The notes beneath the pieces were generated by a model. That model had not been told where the DNA came from and did not search any database. It saw nothing but the letters and a program-made list of their open reading frames with translations. From NCBI GenBank assembly GCA_026770705.1, contig JANJGN010000021.1:29388001-29452000 (forward strand): a DNA stretch of 64,000 bases, given 5' to 3'. Position 1 is the stretch's first letter. Each line of letters starts with the position of its first letter. The position numbers were made by a program, and so were the translations under genes. Shown in pieces: positions 28,579 to 42,630 of the stretch. Source of the DNA: Isurus oxyrinchus (taxonomy: Eukaryota).

Positions 28579-30124
28579 AGTTGCAGAAGGCCTAATGACT
28601 GCCACCAAGTTAGGCTACATTTCATACTGAGAACTCTGTATGTGCATGTACTGTTCATAAGGGAACATGCAGGCAACTGACCTGCTCATGTTGACCTTAA
28701 ACCTTGTGCTCGTAGCTATGCCAGAGTAATGTGGATTAGCCTTGCCATCCCATTGCCCCCACCCACTCCTTAGGGAAAGATGCTTTGCTTCCTGAGCTAA
28801 AGTACTTATAGGGAATCGCTACACAACTATTCAGTAGAGTGATCCAATGCACAGCCCAGAGGTGACAATATTTTGATACAATCGCCCCTTCTCCACATCA
28901 TGAAGATCAGAGAAGGGAGAGCAGAAAAAAAGTCAGGGACGTAAAATCTGCGAAATCTTAAATTCAGAAGATTTATTTTCATCCTTATTGTCAACATCAA
29001 ATCCTGTAACATGAAGCAGACGACTTTTAAGATGAGAGTCAACATGCCCTCACTTTCATTTTAGTACCTAGGTTTAATTCTGGCACTCCCCTTTAATTCA
29101 GAGCACTGTCTCTCTCCCCCCATTAATTTCTCCTATGAATTCAGATTACTATTTCAGTTCTGACACTCCTCTTTAATGCTGAGTACATCCAAGCTGTGCA
29201 GTCACCAGTCAGCGCATGCTTTTATTTTCACTGCAAGCTTCTGTACTAGCAAGTCGACAAAGTAAACAAATCATAGACATGAGGAACCAGTTTTATTGTT
29301 GCACTTTATTTTAATGCAAATACCAGGGTAGCTAGTCAACTTGGGGAATCTTCATTACAAGAGACCTGACGCACATAAATAATGTCTAGACTGCAGGCGT
29401 CAAGTAAAATTCTATTTACAGCTAGGAGCATGTTGAGCAGTAGTGCTCATCTTTTGGCCAATATCTGAATGTTGCTATCTGTGGATGGAAGACAAGCTTG
29501 TGCCTCAATGCTTATATACTGCTGTACTTTTTATGAATGTGCAACTGGTCAGTTGCATAATGAAGAGAAACATTTTTTTAATTAGAACAAATTGATAACT
29601 CCCTCCTTTCAGCCCTGGCTGGCTTTAGTTAACTGTATTCCACAGTTTAACACATTTGCTTCCTTAACACTGGTGAGAAAAGGTTCCACAACATTAACCC
29701 TTTAGCTACTAAATGCTTTGAAAACATACAGCTGCATCATGTGTGAAGATAAGCAGAATCAGAAGCACAGACTAAGCCTTCATTGAATCAGTGGTGTTGT
29801 TGGCATTTTGTATTATTTATACTTTTTTGTCCTCAGCAAGGCTAAGGATGTTAGTGCTGTGTAATAGAAAACCCTTCATTTAAGGCAGCCAGTATCAGCT
29901 AAGGCACTAATATAAAGTTCCCTCTGTTTTGCTGCAATCTCAGAAGAGCACCCTCTACTGCAACAGTGTTGCACTTACTCCATTTCGCACAGCAACCATT
30001 TTCATGGCTGCCGGAGTGACATGTCCAATTAATTCCAAATTAGTATTATAGACCAATACACACAACAAAATTGACTGAGATTGTCCAAACTCATTTCACA
30101 CACAGACCTTAGAAGCACAGGAAA

Positions 30125-31640
30125 GACAGCAAAGTCTAAGGGTCCTGACAACATTCCGGCAATAGTACTGAAGATTTATGCTTCAGAACTAGCCTAGCCA
30201 AGCTGTTCCAGTACAGCTACAACACAAGCATTTACCCGACAATGTGGAAATTTGCCCAGGTATGTCCTGCCCAAAAAATCAGGAAAAATCCAACCTGGCC
30301 AATTAATGCCCCATCAGTCTACTCTCGATCATCAGCAAAGTGATTGGAAGGTGTCGTCAACAGTGCTATCATATAGCAATTGCACAGCAATAACCTGCTC
30401 ACTGACGCCCAGTTTGGCTTCCACCAGGGCCACTCAGTTCCTGACCTCATTGCAGCCTTGGTCCAAGCATGGATGAAAGAGCTGAACTTCAGAGGTGAGG
30501 TGAGAGTGACTGTCCTCGACATCAAGGCAGTATTTGACTGAATATGGCATCAAGGAGCCCTAGCAAAACTAGAGTCAATGGGAATAAGTGGGAAAACTCT
30601 CCACTGGTTGGAGTCATACCTAGCACAAAGGAAGATGGTTGTGGTTGTTGGAGGTCAATCACCTCAGCCCCAGGATATTGTTGCATGAGTTCCTCAGGAT
30701 AATGTCCTAGGCCCAATCATCTTCAGTTGCTTCATCAATAATCTTCTCTCCATCGTAAGGTCAGAAATGGGGATGTTTACTGATGATGACTCCTCAGATA
30801 CTGAAACGGTCCATGTCCATATACAGCAAGACCTGGACAACATTCGAGCTTGGGCCGACAAGTGGCAAGTATCATTCACATCACACAAGTGCCAGGCAAT
30901 AACCATCTCCAAGAAGAGAGAATCCAAACATCTCCCTTTGACATTCAATGGCATTACCATTGCTAAATTCCCACTATCAGCATCTTGTGGATTATGATTT
31001 GCCAGAAACTGAATTGGATGAGCCATGTAAATACTGTGGATACAAAAGCAGGTCAGAGGCTGGGAATTCTATGGCGAATACCTCCTCCTGACTCCCCAAA
31101 GCCTGTCCACCATCTATAAGGCACAAATCTGGAGTGTACTGGGTGAGTGCACCTCCAAAAATACTCAAGAAGCTCGACACCATCCAGGACAAAGCAGCCT
31201 GCTTGATTGGCACCCCATTCACCACCTTCAACATTCACTCCCTCTAACACCGATGCACAGTGGCAGCAGTGCGTACCATCTACAAGATGCACTGCAGCAA
31301 CTCACCGAGATTCCTTCGACAGCACCTTCCAAACTCATGATTTCTACCACCTGGAAGGACAAGGGCAGCAGATACATGGGAACAGCATGACCTGCAAGTT
31401 CCCCTCCAAGCCACACACCATCCTGACTTGGAACTATATCACCGTTCCTTCACTGTCGCTGAGTCAAAATCCTGGAACTTCCTTCCTAACAGCAGTGTGA
31501 GTGTACCTACACCACACAGCACAGGGTGGCAGTGGTTCAAGAAGGCAGCTGACCACTACCTTCTCAAGGGCAAATAGGGATGGGCAACAAACATTGGCCT
31601 AGCCAGTGATGCCCAAATCTTGTGAAAGAATTTAAAAAAG
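30125..31640 (+). mobile_element. 5'-truncated non-LTR retrotransposon (CR1/L2 group), decayed reverse transcriptase plus 3' end
   Basis: Frameshifted RT motifs GPDNIP, PISLLS, QFGF, LDIKA.FD..WH, VPQ..VLGP, MFTDD, QQDLDNIRAWADKWQVSF. Ends with an A-rich tail at about 31634-31640. Confidence 0.9.
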
Positions 31641-32938
31641 TACAAACTGAAGAGACTGCCCTCCCACTTGTCTGGTTTTAATTTGAACTCATGTTCCAGC
31701 AGTGAAAATTCATAGTCCACCCCTCTGCTTCACCACCCAGTTCCCTTATTTTCAATTTTATTTCAATGTATGAATGCTGCTGACACCCAGAAAGTTAAGG
31801 TACAGATCAGCCATAATTCTAACTGGATGACAGGACAGGTTTGAGGGGCTGAATGGCGTACTTCTGTTCCTAAAGGATTAGCCTGGTAAATCTCCTCGAC
31901 TATTATCTGTAAGCATAGCTGGTTTTAAAGCTACCGTGATAAATTTTGATAGTTTTCAGCACTTACATGACAAGCTGGGGAGCTCAGGCATATATTTGTA
32001 CAGCTAGAGATTGTGGCTGAGGGCTGGGGTGCAGGAAATGTTAGTAAAATGTGACTTTTCCCTTCTCCACCCTTTACTCTCACTTCAGAAACCATTCAGT
32101 TCCAGACCGCCTTCTTCAACCAAGAGAGTCATTACCACAACCAAAGATACAACATAACTATTCAGCAAGGTGAAAGAGAATAGAAGACAGTGACAGGATC
32201 GAGGCTAAAGTATTTATATTGTGTTCAAGTGTCCCAGGTTTGACCATACCAGGCTTTTTACAGCACATGTAAATGTGCACGGGGTATAAATTATATTGAA
32301 TATTTTTTTTAATTGATATATATTTATATAAACAATATCAATGAGATTAGAAATAATTATCTTGGTGGCTGCACCAGTTTGCTTTTCCAGTTAACAGTGT
32401 TTACACAGAGTGAAGTGATCGATGTAGTAAACGTTCCAAATACATATCAGAGTAGGAAAACTGCTTTATTGGCCAATGTAACTGTAAGTATTGTGGACAC
32501 TTTAGCTTATACTGTTTGAAGAAGATGCATCCAAAAGACTTGAATGTAACTAGAGGTTACATCCCTCTGTTGCATGTGAGAATGTTGCTGTATTTTCATA
32601 TCAGGTCTGCTTGAACTACGGTACTAAAAACAGATTGGATGACAGGTAGGCTTCTAGAACTTTGCCAAGTTTAGGTATGCCATGAAAGTGCAACTCTGAG
32701 CAGGGCTGTCTATTTGCCTTCATTGTGACATTGAACTCCATCTAATAGCTTGGCTGAAATTCAATGAGATGCTCTCAAATGCAACAAGGGAGATCCGGTG
32801 ATAGAATTCCAACTGCCAGGTTGGGGAAAAGTGCTCTCCTGCTCCAGTTGGAGGATGGGGAAGAATGAGTAGACAAAATGGGAAGAACCGAGGTCAAAAA
32901 AATCCTCTAAACTTTACAATCTCTTTCTAGGCTCCCCC

Positions 32939-32977
32939 CACACCACCACCACCACCACCACCACCCCCACCCCACCC
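32939..32977 (+). repeat. (CAC)n microsatellite / C-rich tract
   Basis: CACCACCACCAC... read directly. Confidence 0.85.
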
Positions 32978-33029
32978 CAGAAAATCTGCCTCTCTCTCTA
33001 CCTTTTCAAATATTGAGCAACGGTTTCCA

Positions 33030-33403
33030 TAACTACTTTAAGATGATAAAGAAATTTAAAAGCGGAGATGTGGAAAGGATGTTTCTACCTCTGAGGGAAT
33101 CCAAAATTAGGAGCTATAAATACAAGATTGTCAGTAATAAATTCAATAAGGAGTTCAGTCAAAACACCTTCATTCAAAGCAGTGCAAATGTGGAACTTGC
33201 TACCATGTGGACTGGCTGAGGCAAACAGCATAGATGCATTTTACGGAAACCTGGATAAGCACACGAGGGAGAAAAGAATAGAAGGATATGTTGCTAGGCT
33301 GAGATCAGGCAAGTTGGGAGGAGGCTCATTTGGAGCATAAACACTAGCATAGATGTTAGGCCAAACGGCCTGTTTCTGTACTCTAAATTCTGTGTAATTC
33401 TAT
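33030..33403 (+). mobile_element. CR1-type LINE 3' fragment
   Basis: ORF-track peptides FKMIK..DVERMF and V.MWNLLP...EANSIDAF..LDKH resemble the CR1 ORF2 end; 3' tail GGCCTGTTTCTGTACT...ATTCTATG. Confidence 0.7.
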
Positions 33404-35974
33404 GTGCTGCAACATGTTGGGGTTCAAATTATTTTAACTTTTTCCAGTCTAGTTATGCTTTGTCACCTCCAGAAATAAACCTGCACTGTTTACTGGCCAA
33501 GGCAGTCGGCTGTGGCACGTCTATTGGCTGCAGGCCATATCCTAGTTGAAAAAGAAACCTCATTTCTGCATTCCTTGCTAACTTGTTTGTTCTGCTCACA
33601 GAAAAACAACAGGAAGAAAACTGTTAGCTATAATTTTACATTACAGGTATATTCTTGACCAACTTTATTTATACTGGCATTGTTTATCAGTGTCTTTGGA
33701 ATAATGGTATTGAATCTACACAGAAGGGATTTGTATCATGGGGGATTCATCAATCATACCTAGCTGCATATAGTGAAGAGCCTTCATTATCTCAGTGAAT
33801 AAACATGCTGCTGTTCACATGAGCTGGCAGAAAGGCATCAAATAGATACCCTGATAGTTCCCTGAGGCAAGTAAATTATGGGATGTGTAATCAATTCTTC
33901 TTTATTTTTATTTCTCTCCTGCTGTCTCCTTTCTTTAAAGACTCATCACTGCTGCCTTCCACTCCCACTACTTCCTTCTGGATTCAGAATTCATTCTATT
34001 GACAGACCTAGCAGAAAATGCCAAGGTCCATAGTGCAAAGCATCAGCACGGTTGAAAAGGGTAAAAGTTGGGGTAAAGGAAGAATTAGTGATTAGCTGAT
34101 GCCAAACTTGATACTAAAAACCTAAAGATTGTGGGGGAGAAGGAAAGCTGTGGGAGGAAAGGAGTTCCGTAGTTTGCATCATGGCACAAAGTCAGAATAC
34201 TTTACAGCGAGTCTGATTCTACGGTGAAGCAGAGCCAGGAAGAGGACGGTGCCCTCCCAGCTTGGTGGGAAGTAGAGAGCGAGGTTGAGAGGGGCACTGA
34301 ACAGGCTTAGATTAAAAAAATAGAGATAGGGGCATCAGTGCCATGCGTTTCTTCTTGGTCTATCACAACAGTGATCTATGATTAACCAATAAGAGGTGCA
34401 TTTTTGCAGGATGGGTTTGGTCTTGCTTTCTGTTCTTTTCATTGCTGCATTTCAACAAGTGCTTGACCAAGAACATTATCATTTTCCTCAAGACAGCAGG
34501 AGAACTTAAATGTTATTCTGGACTTGCATTCAGGCACATTCTTATAGAAGGGCATTTTTCATTTGATCCTAGAATTAGTTTAGCATCAGTAACTGTACAT
34601 TGGTAATTAGGTCATATTACAATTGATCGCTGGTTGAGCTGGTAACATTAGAATGCAGCCAGTAATTACCATTTGTTTTCAATATATTCCTGTCTCTTAA
34701 GCATCTAGGTAGATTATAAATGACTGGATGAATTCTTACCGTTATTAATGGGCCAGAAATTGTCAAAATTTGGTTGTTTGCATGCTGTTGCTTTTGTGTA
34801 AGTTGTCCAACTATTTGTGGTGAAGAGGAGATGGCCCGAGCTTTGCAAATCACCACAAGCTGCTGGACGATCTGCACCGCTCCATCATTATCTCATGGAA
34901 ACTGCAGCTTGCCCACAGCTTCGCAATGAATTTCAAGAAGTTGCTGTATTTGTCCGTTAAAATCACCACAAAAACTTAGGGCTGCTACTTAGCTGAGCGA
35001 ATACTCTTTCAAATGAGATTTATATTCCTGCAATGCCATTCAACATTGTCAGCCCAGAAAGGGAACAGTTGGAACTGTAGTCTCATTCCTGCAGGTAGTA
35101 AATTGCTGTTTGGAAATTTTTAACATTTTAAGTGTTTTAATATTTTTCATACCTTTCCCTTTTTTCTTTCTCTGTCTTAATTCAATCTCTTTTTCCCTTT
35201 CTTTATTTCACTAGGACTGTTACACCTGACATATTACTACCTATTCTTGCAGTGGGAGAGATAATAATGCGAGCATCATAAAGAGTCCAGTTGCACAGCA
35301 CTTCTGTCTGTTGCTCACATTAAAAAAGACCACATTGAATATTACTCATTGTTAGTATCTTTTTGGGTGCGTGCCTTTTAGCTTGTGCTTAACAAGTTCT
35401 ATATAACTGAGTATATATTCATATGTCTGCTTGAATGTTTCTTCCCCTACTACAGACACAGGAGAATGAATTAAATTGTGAAGGTCAGATTCTGAGAGAA
35501 TTTCTGCAAAATGTTATGTTGCTTTACATGCTTTGCCACTCCATTCTCCCGAACTTTCTCCTCACTATTGTTTTACTTTTGATCCCTCCTTTTGCTCTGA
35601 CCTCACTCCTGCATCTCACACCTGTGCTGCCAATGTCCTACCAATGTGGGTTTCAGAGATAAATAAATTGTAATATATTGGTGGTATTTAAGTTTCTATA
35701 AGTGATCTTACCAAACACAAATTTGCAGCACATACCTAGGGTGTTGGAAATAAATCTGCTTTCTTACAGGCTGAAGTGATTGCTCAGTTAACAACAATAC
35801 TGGGAGCAACTGGAAAATATTGTGTTTTAAAATAAAATCTGTTGTTTCCAATGTCAACTGATAGAAGGGGTGCTCTTTAGTGCCTCCATTTTGCCTGATG
35901 CCATTTGGGTCTGCAGCTACCCCTTCAAATGTGCAGCAGTAAAATAGGCTTGCTGTAGCTCCTGGCTAAACAAC

Positions 35975-36345
35975 ACCTCAGTTCTAAAACTCCTATTCTC
36001 ATTTTCAAATCCCTCCATGCTTTCTCCATCTCTGTAATTTCCTCCAGCTCAACAGCCCTCAGATCCCTCTGCTCCTCCAGATCTGGCCTCTTGAGCATCC
36101 CTGATTTTAATTACTCTGCCATTGGCTGGCCGTGCATTGGCTCTAAGCTCTGGAATTTCCTTCCCTACCCTTTTTGCTTCTTTATCTCTTTTTCCTCCTT
36201 TTAGTCAAACTAAAGCAACTCTTTGAAGAAGCTTTGACCATCTGCTCTAATATCTGCTTATGGGGCTCGATGTTAAATTTTGTTTGATTATGCTTCTGAA
36301 GTGACTCATTACATGTCTTTATGTTGAAGGCACCATATATAAGTC
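35975..36345 (+). mobile_element. L2-type LINE 3' fragment
   Basis: Reverse-complement-like similarity to 56655-56975 (CTAAGCTCTGGAATTTCCTTCCCT; TTTGACCA); pyrimidine-rich L2-like end. Confidence 0.55.
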
Positions 36346-39300
36346 GCTGTTGATGGTGATTCTTACTATCTCAATGAGCAGTTTAGGAAATGTTGGGAAG
36401 AGAAACCTTATCTATTCTCTATTGCCTCATACTGTATTCCACAATCTCCTCTAATATCGGATGGAGAGACGATGACTTTTTCTATACCAGCACACCTCAG
36501 CTGGATGGTACATTAGGTAACAGAGAGACTTGGAGACACACCAAGCAATTCCTGTATCTCGGGTGCCCACCAACATGGTACAAGTGCCCAGTGTGTCAAC
36601 ATCTGCTAAATGTCTATCGCTCATTATTAATAGTTTCACTATTCAGGCCATGCTTTTGTCGTTGATGTTAAGAGAAAGAGCATAATGGGTGTTCCCTTAA
36701 CTATTCAGCTGCTCAGTATCTGTTAATTCCACTTATAGAGAGTATCCAGTATTTTCTAAAAACGTAATGGAACGAACATGTTATAAATGGCTCACAATAA
36801 GAATGTGTTACAAATGTGTTATCAGGGTATAATGTATAATATAAATAGTAATTATTCAGCTGTCGAGTGCACATTCCTCTTAGATGCAATGTGTATTACA
36901 AGTGTGTTATTACAGCACAAGAGAGATTGTGATGGAACTGTTATAAATGTTCAGATGTTTATCTCATGTTCATGTTGCTCAGGATGAGAGAGCATTACAT
37001 GTATATTATGAGGGGAATATGCATTTTATAAATGGTTCACCTGGTCAGCGCATATTTCTGATGCTTGCAATGGGACAGGCAACTGCAGGTGTGTTAGAAC
37101 AGTGTAACATGTGGTTCATAAACAGTTAAACAGCTCAGTGCATGACTAAGTGACAATATTAAGGGGAAAGCATGTAATGGGTAGGTTATAAGAACATAAG
37201 AGTGTGTTATTAGCAATTCAGCTGCTCGATGCAGGTTCCTTTTTCCTGGGAATGAGAGAAAGCATTACGACTATGTTATAAATAGTTCATCTGGCCGCCA
37301 CAGACTTTCATTACTTTCAACAGGACAGAATGTGATCGGTGTGTTATAAAACTGACTATTATGCTTCCGACTGCTTTTGCCTTCTGTATAGTCCTGGACT
37401 TCTGGAAACTTTACCTCCACATAATCAACATCAGGCCTTTAATGAACATTTCCCCCACTGTTCTGACTAAAGGCAGTCCAAATCTCTCAGACTTCAGCAG
37501 CTGACATCCTTCTGCCAACTGGATACCAGCCAACCTATTTCCCTTTAAATGGATATTTTCTTTACGCCTTTAGAGGCAGCCAATTCATCACAAGTGTAAT
37601 ATAACCTTAAGCAATATGAATTATTGTAGTGTTGGAATGATTCTTTTTTTTTTTCTTGCCCTATATTTGTTAAAGCTGGTTTTAAAAAAAAATCCGAGCG
37701 AAGCACAGACACTTTGGCTTTGGGCGGGTTTCTTTTTTAAAAGTTGACATTTGGAACGTTGTGGGGAGTAGACAGTAGCTGCAGTGTTTAAGCAGAACAG
37801 AGTACAGCCAAGGCAAAGACTTGGCGTGACTGGATCCCTTTCCAAATGGCGCAAGCAAGCCAACTTCAAACATGTGAATAATAATCTATCTGTGACTGCC
37901 TCTGTTAGTCGCTAGAAGAGTCTGTTCCCTCCTAAATATTTCCCTGGCTGTTTATGCTGGGTCTTGTGGCTTTTGCGTGTGTTCAATTATAAGATGGGCA
38001 TCTGTGTTTGGAACTTTTTTTTTAAACTAAGTTTTAACTGAAAAATTTCGTGAATAAAAATATAGACCAAATTACTAATGGTAAAGAGGCATGGAAATTG
38101 CCAAATGCCAAGGGTGTAACTGTTAACATATCAATTAAATTTTGGCAATAGGAATTAGAAACCCCTTTGCCTATTTTTTCTGACTGATGAATATCTGCAG
38201 CACATTGCTGCCTTACCAATATTACCTCATCTCCTATTTTGGGTGAAGTTACTCCTCTTCAGCACTGGAAATGCAGGCAAGTGTCAGAACTGAGCTGTGT
38301 TCTGTTTTAGATTGGGGAACAAAAAATGAGCTCAGTGTTTTTTTCTTATTCTGGGCCAGGAGGTGCTGCTTTCTAGAGGACAAGTGGTACAGAGCACAAC
38401 CATCTCCTCGTCGGGCAATTAAGTTTAAAAAAGTGCAAATTTCTACCCATTGTGGACCAAATAGCAATGGTCACTGTATCATTTTCAGAAGTTTTATCAT
38501 CTTGTTGAAATCACAGTGTATATAGCAGGGAGGTGTGGTGACAACGTCATGGACATTTGATTGGTGAAGCAGCTCCCATGAAATGGAGTGCTGCAGTTCC
38601 ACATGGTGATGTCTCAGTCTCAACTGAATGAGGTAGAGAACTTTAAGACGAGGCATTTCGCCACCAGGTGCAGGAAGGAAATGGTGGAGAGCGAGTTATT
38701 CCGTGTCGCAACATTGAGAGAGCAACATTGTTTTGCTAGTTGTATTTTCATATAGAATTTTCCAGGGTTACAGCCTGAACGAAGAGCCAATTAGCATCAC
38801 ACAGTGAAGCTGAAAGTGGGTAAATGATGGTCAAGGCTGTAGATTTGATTTTGTATTTAGTCCAGTACATTCCCAAGGCAACTAATGACTATCCATGACT
38901 GTCTACCTCAGTGTGCATTTTCATTGGTTAATCATATTTTTGTTGTTTTTGAAGGTCATAATATATAAATGCAGATGATGCTTACCCTGCTCAAACCCAA
39001 TTTTCCAGAATAAAAATAATGAATATTAAAACTCAACCATGACTTACACAGTGATTAATGGGTTAATTTGGAGATTGCCTATATTTTCTATTGCCTATTT
39101 CTGTGTTCAGGCATTCTTGTTCAAGGCTCTGGGATCTGAGTCTGCAGTGCTGAATTGTTCCCATGCTCACAATGAGCAAAAAGCACCAGCCTTCTCAAAA
39201 CAGTCACTGCCATTGAGTTCAGCTTGCTGTATATTCTGGAAACTGGAGGATCTGTCACTAGGTGATAGAAAATTAAATACCCTTTAAAATTCAAAAATAT

Positions 39301-39554
39301 GATTCAAAATAAAGAGAAGGGTTCACACTGGGACATAAGATAAACATAAAACAGAGACGCTATTCAGGCAATTGAATGCTGCCGGCTTTGAACCATGTGA
39401 TCATTAATAATAATACATGCATTTATATAGTATCTTATCACGTTGAAAAGTTTCAGTGCTTGACTCAATGAATTACTTTGAAGTGCAGGAACAGTTAGGG
39501 CAAATGATGTAACCATCTTGTATAAGCAATATCCCACAAATAAGCATAAGTTCC

Positions 39555-40552
39555 ACCAGCCTCCACATTCAAAGGATCATCCTCCACCATTTCTTCCACC
39601 TCCATCGTGGTGCCACTGCCAAACACATCTTCCCCTCCCCTCCCTTGTCACCGTTACCTCTCCAACACCTGGGTTCACTCCTCAGTCACCCCTAACTCCT
39701 CATCCCCTTCCCACCGCACCTTCCCATGCAATCGCAGAAGGTGTAACACCTGCCCCTTTTACCTCCTCGCTCCTCGCCGTCCAAGAGCCCAAACATTCCT
39801 TCCAGGTGAAGCAGTGATTTCCGTGTACTTCTTTCAATTTAGTATGCTATATTCACTGCTCAGAAGACACAGTCTCCTCCACAGTGGGGACTCTAACTAT
39901 GTAAATTGGGTGACTGCTTTGCGGAACACCTCTGCTCAGTCTGCAACTGGCTTAGCTTCTGGGTGCTTACTACTTTAGTTCACCATCTTGCTCTGTCACT
40001 TCCGTCTCCGGCCTGCTGCAGTGTTCCACTGAAGCTCAGTGCACACTCAAGGAAACAGCACCTCATCTTCCAAATAGGCACCTTACAGCCTTTTGGTCTC
40101 AAAGTTGTGTTCAACAATTTCAGCCCATGAACTCATGTTCCCCATTTTGATTCTGTTTCTTTTTCGCTGTGTCCCAGTCTGAATCCTGTTTCTCGTTATT
40201 TTGCTTTTGGACAGAGTTGTTCATTATTCTGCCATTTACACTCACTCTGGACAAATGCTTTGTTTCTTTACTACAATCATTACCACTTCCTTTGCCTTTT
40301 ATTCCATAGCATCTTTGTCATTTACTCTCTCCCACTCTCTACCCTTTCCCAGACCTTCCCTTTTAATCTCCCCCTTCAATGACATAAATCCCATCACATT
40401 TCTACCTTCCTTCAGTTCTGAAGAAGAATCTTGTTCAACTCGAAACATTAACTCACTCTCTTTCTTCACAGATGCTGCCAGACCTGCTGAATATTTCCAA
40501 CACTTTGTTTTTAGTTCAGATTTCCAGCAACCGCAATATTTTGCTTTGATTT
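39555..40552 (+). mobile_element. Penelope-like element, decayed GIY-YIG endonuclease region plus 3' UTR/pLTR
   Basis: Frameshifted peptides SLHIQRIILHHF..KHIFPSPP, TFPCNRRRCNTCPF, LGDCFAEHL, QHLIFQIGTLQP.GL..VFNNF. Followed by a hammerhead-like motif and the GATGCTGCCAGACCTGCTG tail. Confidence 0.85.
40413..40454 (+). ncRNA. Degenerate minimal hammerhead ribozyme (PLE)
   Basis: CAGTT-CTGAAGA-...-GAAAC-ATT-AACT. Core is present; stem II and the stem III palindrome are damaged. Confidence 0.55.
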
Positions 40553-41142
40553 TACTAGGAATTGACCTACTTAATCTATACATTTAGCTATAAACTTTAT
40601 GAACATTGGATTTATGCAGCTTTGCTGCCTCTAACAAGAAATATGTTTTCTTAAATTGATACAAGATGCTTTAAATCATTATTTGCTTAGTCAATTTTGA
40701 ATTGAAACTATGCCTTAATTGCCAATTTATTAAACAGCACAGGTTAGGATTAGTTGTAAATACTTAATTTCATCTCATGCCCAAACTGATCCCTCTGCAC
40801 ATTATAATTAGCAATTAACACATTCCTTCAGTTGTTCTGTTGCTTAATCTCATAGCCAGTAGGATGGGCAGGAAAGTACATTGACTTTCAAGTATATTGC
40901 TTGAAGGCTGTTTATGAAACTTTAATGCAGCAACTGGGCACATTTACAATATAAAAAATTCAAAGAGATTTTTGTCACTTTTCATCTCTAAGCTGCACAT
41001 AGTTAAGACCTGGCTTTGGTCAGTTCTGTTCCTCGTGTGACTATTTGCCTGCTTTTAAAACATGTTCAAAAATAGGCATCTTTGCACAATGCGCCCAAAA
41101 TAAATTTGAATGACAACTTTTGTTGCATGCTGTAGTATAGCA

Positions 41143-41400
41143 ACAAGAGCAGCAGATGCATGGGAACACCACCACCACCTACAAGTTCCCTCCAACTTTC
41201 ACCCTGACTTGGAACAATAATTCCTTCACTGTCGCTGTATCAAAAGCCTGGATCTCCCTCCCTAACACCATTGTGGATGTACCTACACCACATAGACTGT
41301 AGCAGTTCAACCTCCATCTTCTCAAGGGAAATTAGGGTTGGGCAACAAATATTGACCTATCTAGCAAGGTTTGCAAACCATTAATTAATTTTTAAAAAAG
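41143..41400 (+). mobile_element. 3' fragment of the 30.1-31.6 kb LINE family
   Basis: Aligns by eye with 31360-31640 (GCAGCAGATGCATGGGAACA...CTTCTCAAGGG). Confidence 0.8.
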
Positions 41401-42424
41401 GTAACAATAACTAAAAGGTCCAGACCTATTAAGATCTACTTTATTTATGAAGCTCTTAGAAATTGGGAATAATTGCAGCATATGGCAGGTGCTGCTTTAA
41501 CATTGTATCTGTTTCCAGCTGTATGTCGACTACAAACCTACTTCATATTGCTCGTTAGCCAGGAGCATGTTGTTAGTCAAATGACCATAGTGCATACCGT
41601 TTTATGTTAGCGCAATGTGGACGTATGGATTGTTGAAGAGTGAAGGAAAAACAAACTAAAAAAGTTTACAATGAAATCAAAGACATTGAAAGTCCATTAG
41701 ACTTTGAAAGCCTTCTTTATGGTCTCCAGCAAGATTGGGTTTGGGGAGAAAGAGATTTTATTAATTTAACAGAATGCAAACTGCCAGATTAAAAACCCAT
41801 CTGGCCCTTGTTCCAGGCATGCGAATCTACCATCCCTCCCCTGTCTGGCCCACCTGTGTATCCAGTCTCCTGTCACATGCTTGATTCCAAATTGGGTTGG
41901 CAAGCCAGTCAGTTGTAAACCTATTGCTAGGAAAAGAAAACTCTATTACCATCTCATTAGAAGGCCTCATTAGGGCAACAGGCCTGAAAACTAATGTGGC
42001 CTCGCCCATCTAATCACGTCCCAAGAAGAAACAAAGTCCATATCAAAATCACTATATACTCAGTACTTCTATGCAGACTGGTAATTTAAATAAACCCAGG
42101 CACTAGTTAGTATAGCAAATTAGTAACTTTAAATAAATCTCTATTCCTCACATTGCTAGCCAGGTAAGCTCCAAAAAACGCCACCCCATTTGTGTGCCTG
42201 GTCGCTAGTGCTACATGCCAACATACTCTGGGGTCTCTGTGGGAGTCTTTCAAAGCTGGAGAACTGTGTTAAACCAATACAACTACCAGCAGCTTGCTAG
42301 ATATAAGGCGCTTGGATTTCGTAACGTTGGAAGGAGGAAACTCAGGAAAAATGAGAAAAATGTTTAGAGTTATACATGTCGCTTGATCAAAGTTTACTGA
42401 AAATTCTAAAGTAGCTTGGGTTTC

Positions 42425-42630
42425 TTTTTGTTTATTTGTTCACAGGGTGTGGGCATTGCTGGCTAGGTCAGCATTTATTGCCCATATCCCTAATTGCCCT
42501 TGAGGTGATGTTGGTGTGCCGCCTTCTTGAATCGTTACAATTCACATGGTATAGATACACACACAGTGCTATTAGGAAGGGAGTGCCAAGATTTTGACCC
42601 AGTGACAGTGAAAGAATGGGGATTATAGTT
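42425..42630 (-). mobile_element. 3' fragment of the same LINE family, reverse orientation
   Basis: GGGCATTGCTGGCTAGG...CCCTAATTGCCCTTGAG is the reverse complement of 31560-31615. Confidence 0.8.
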
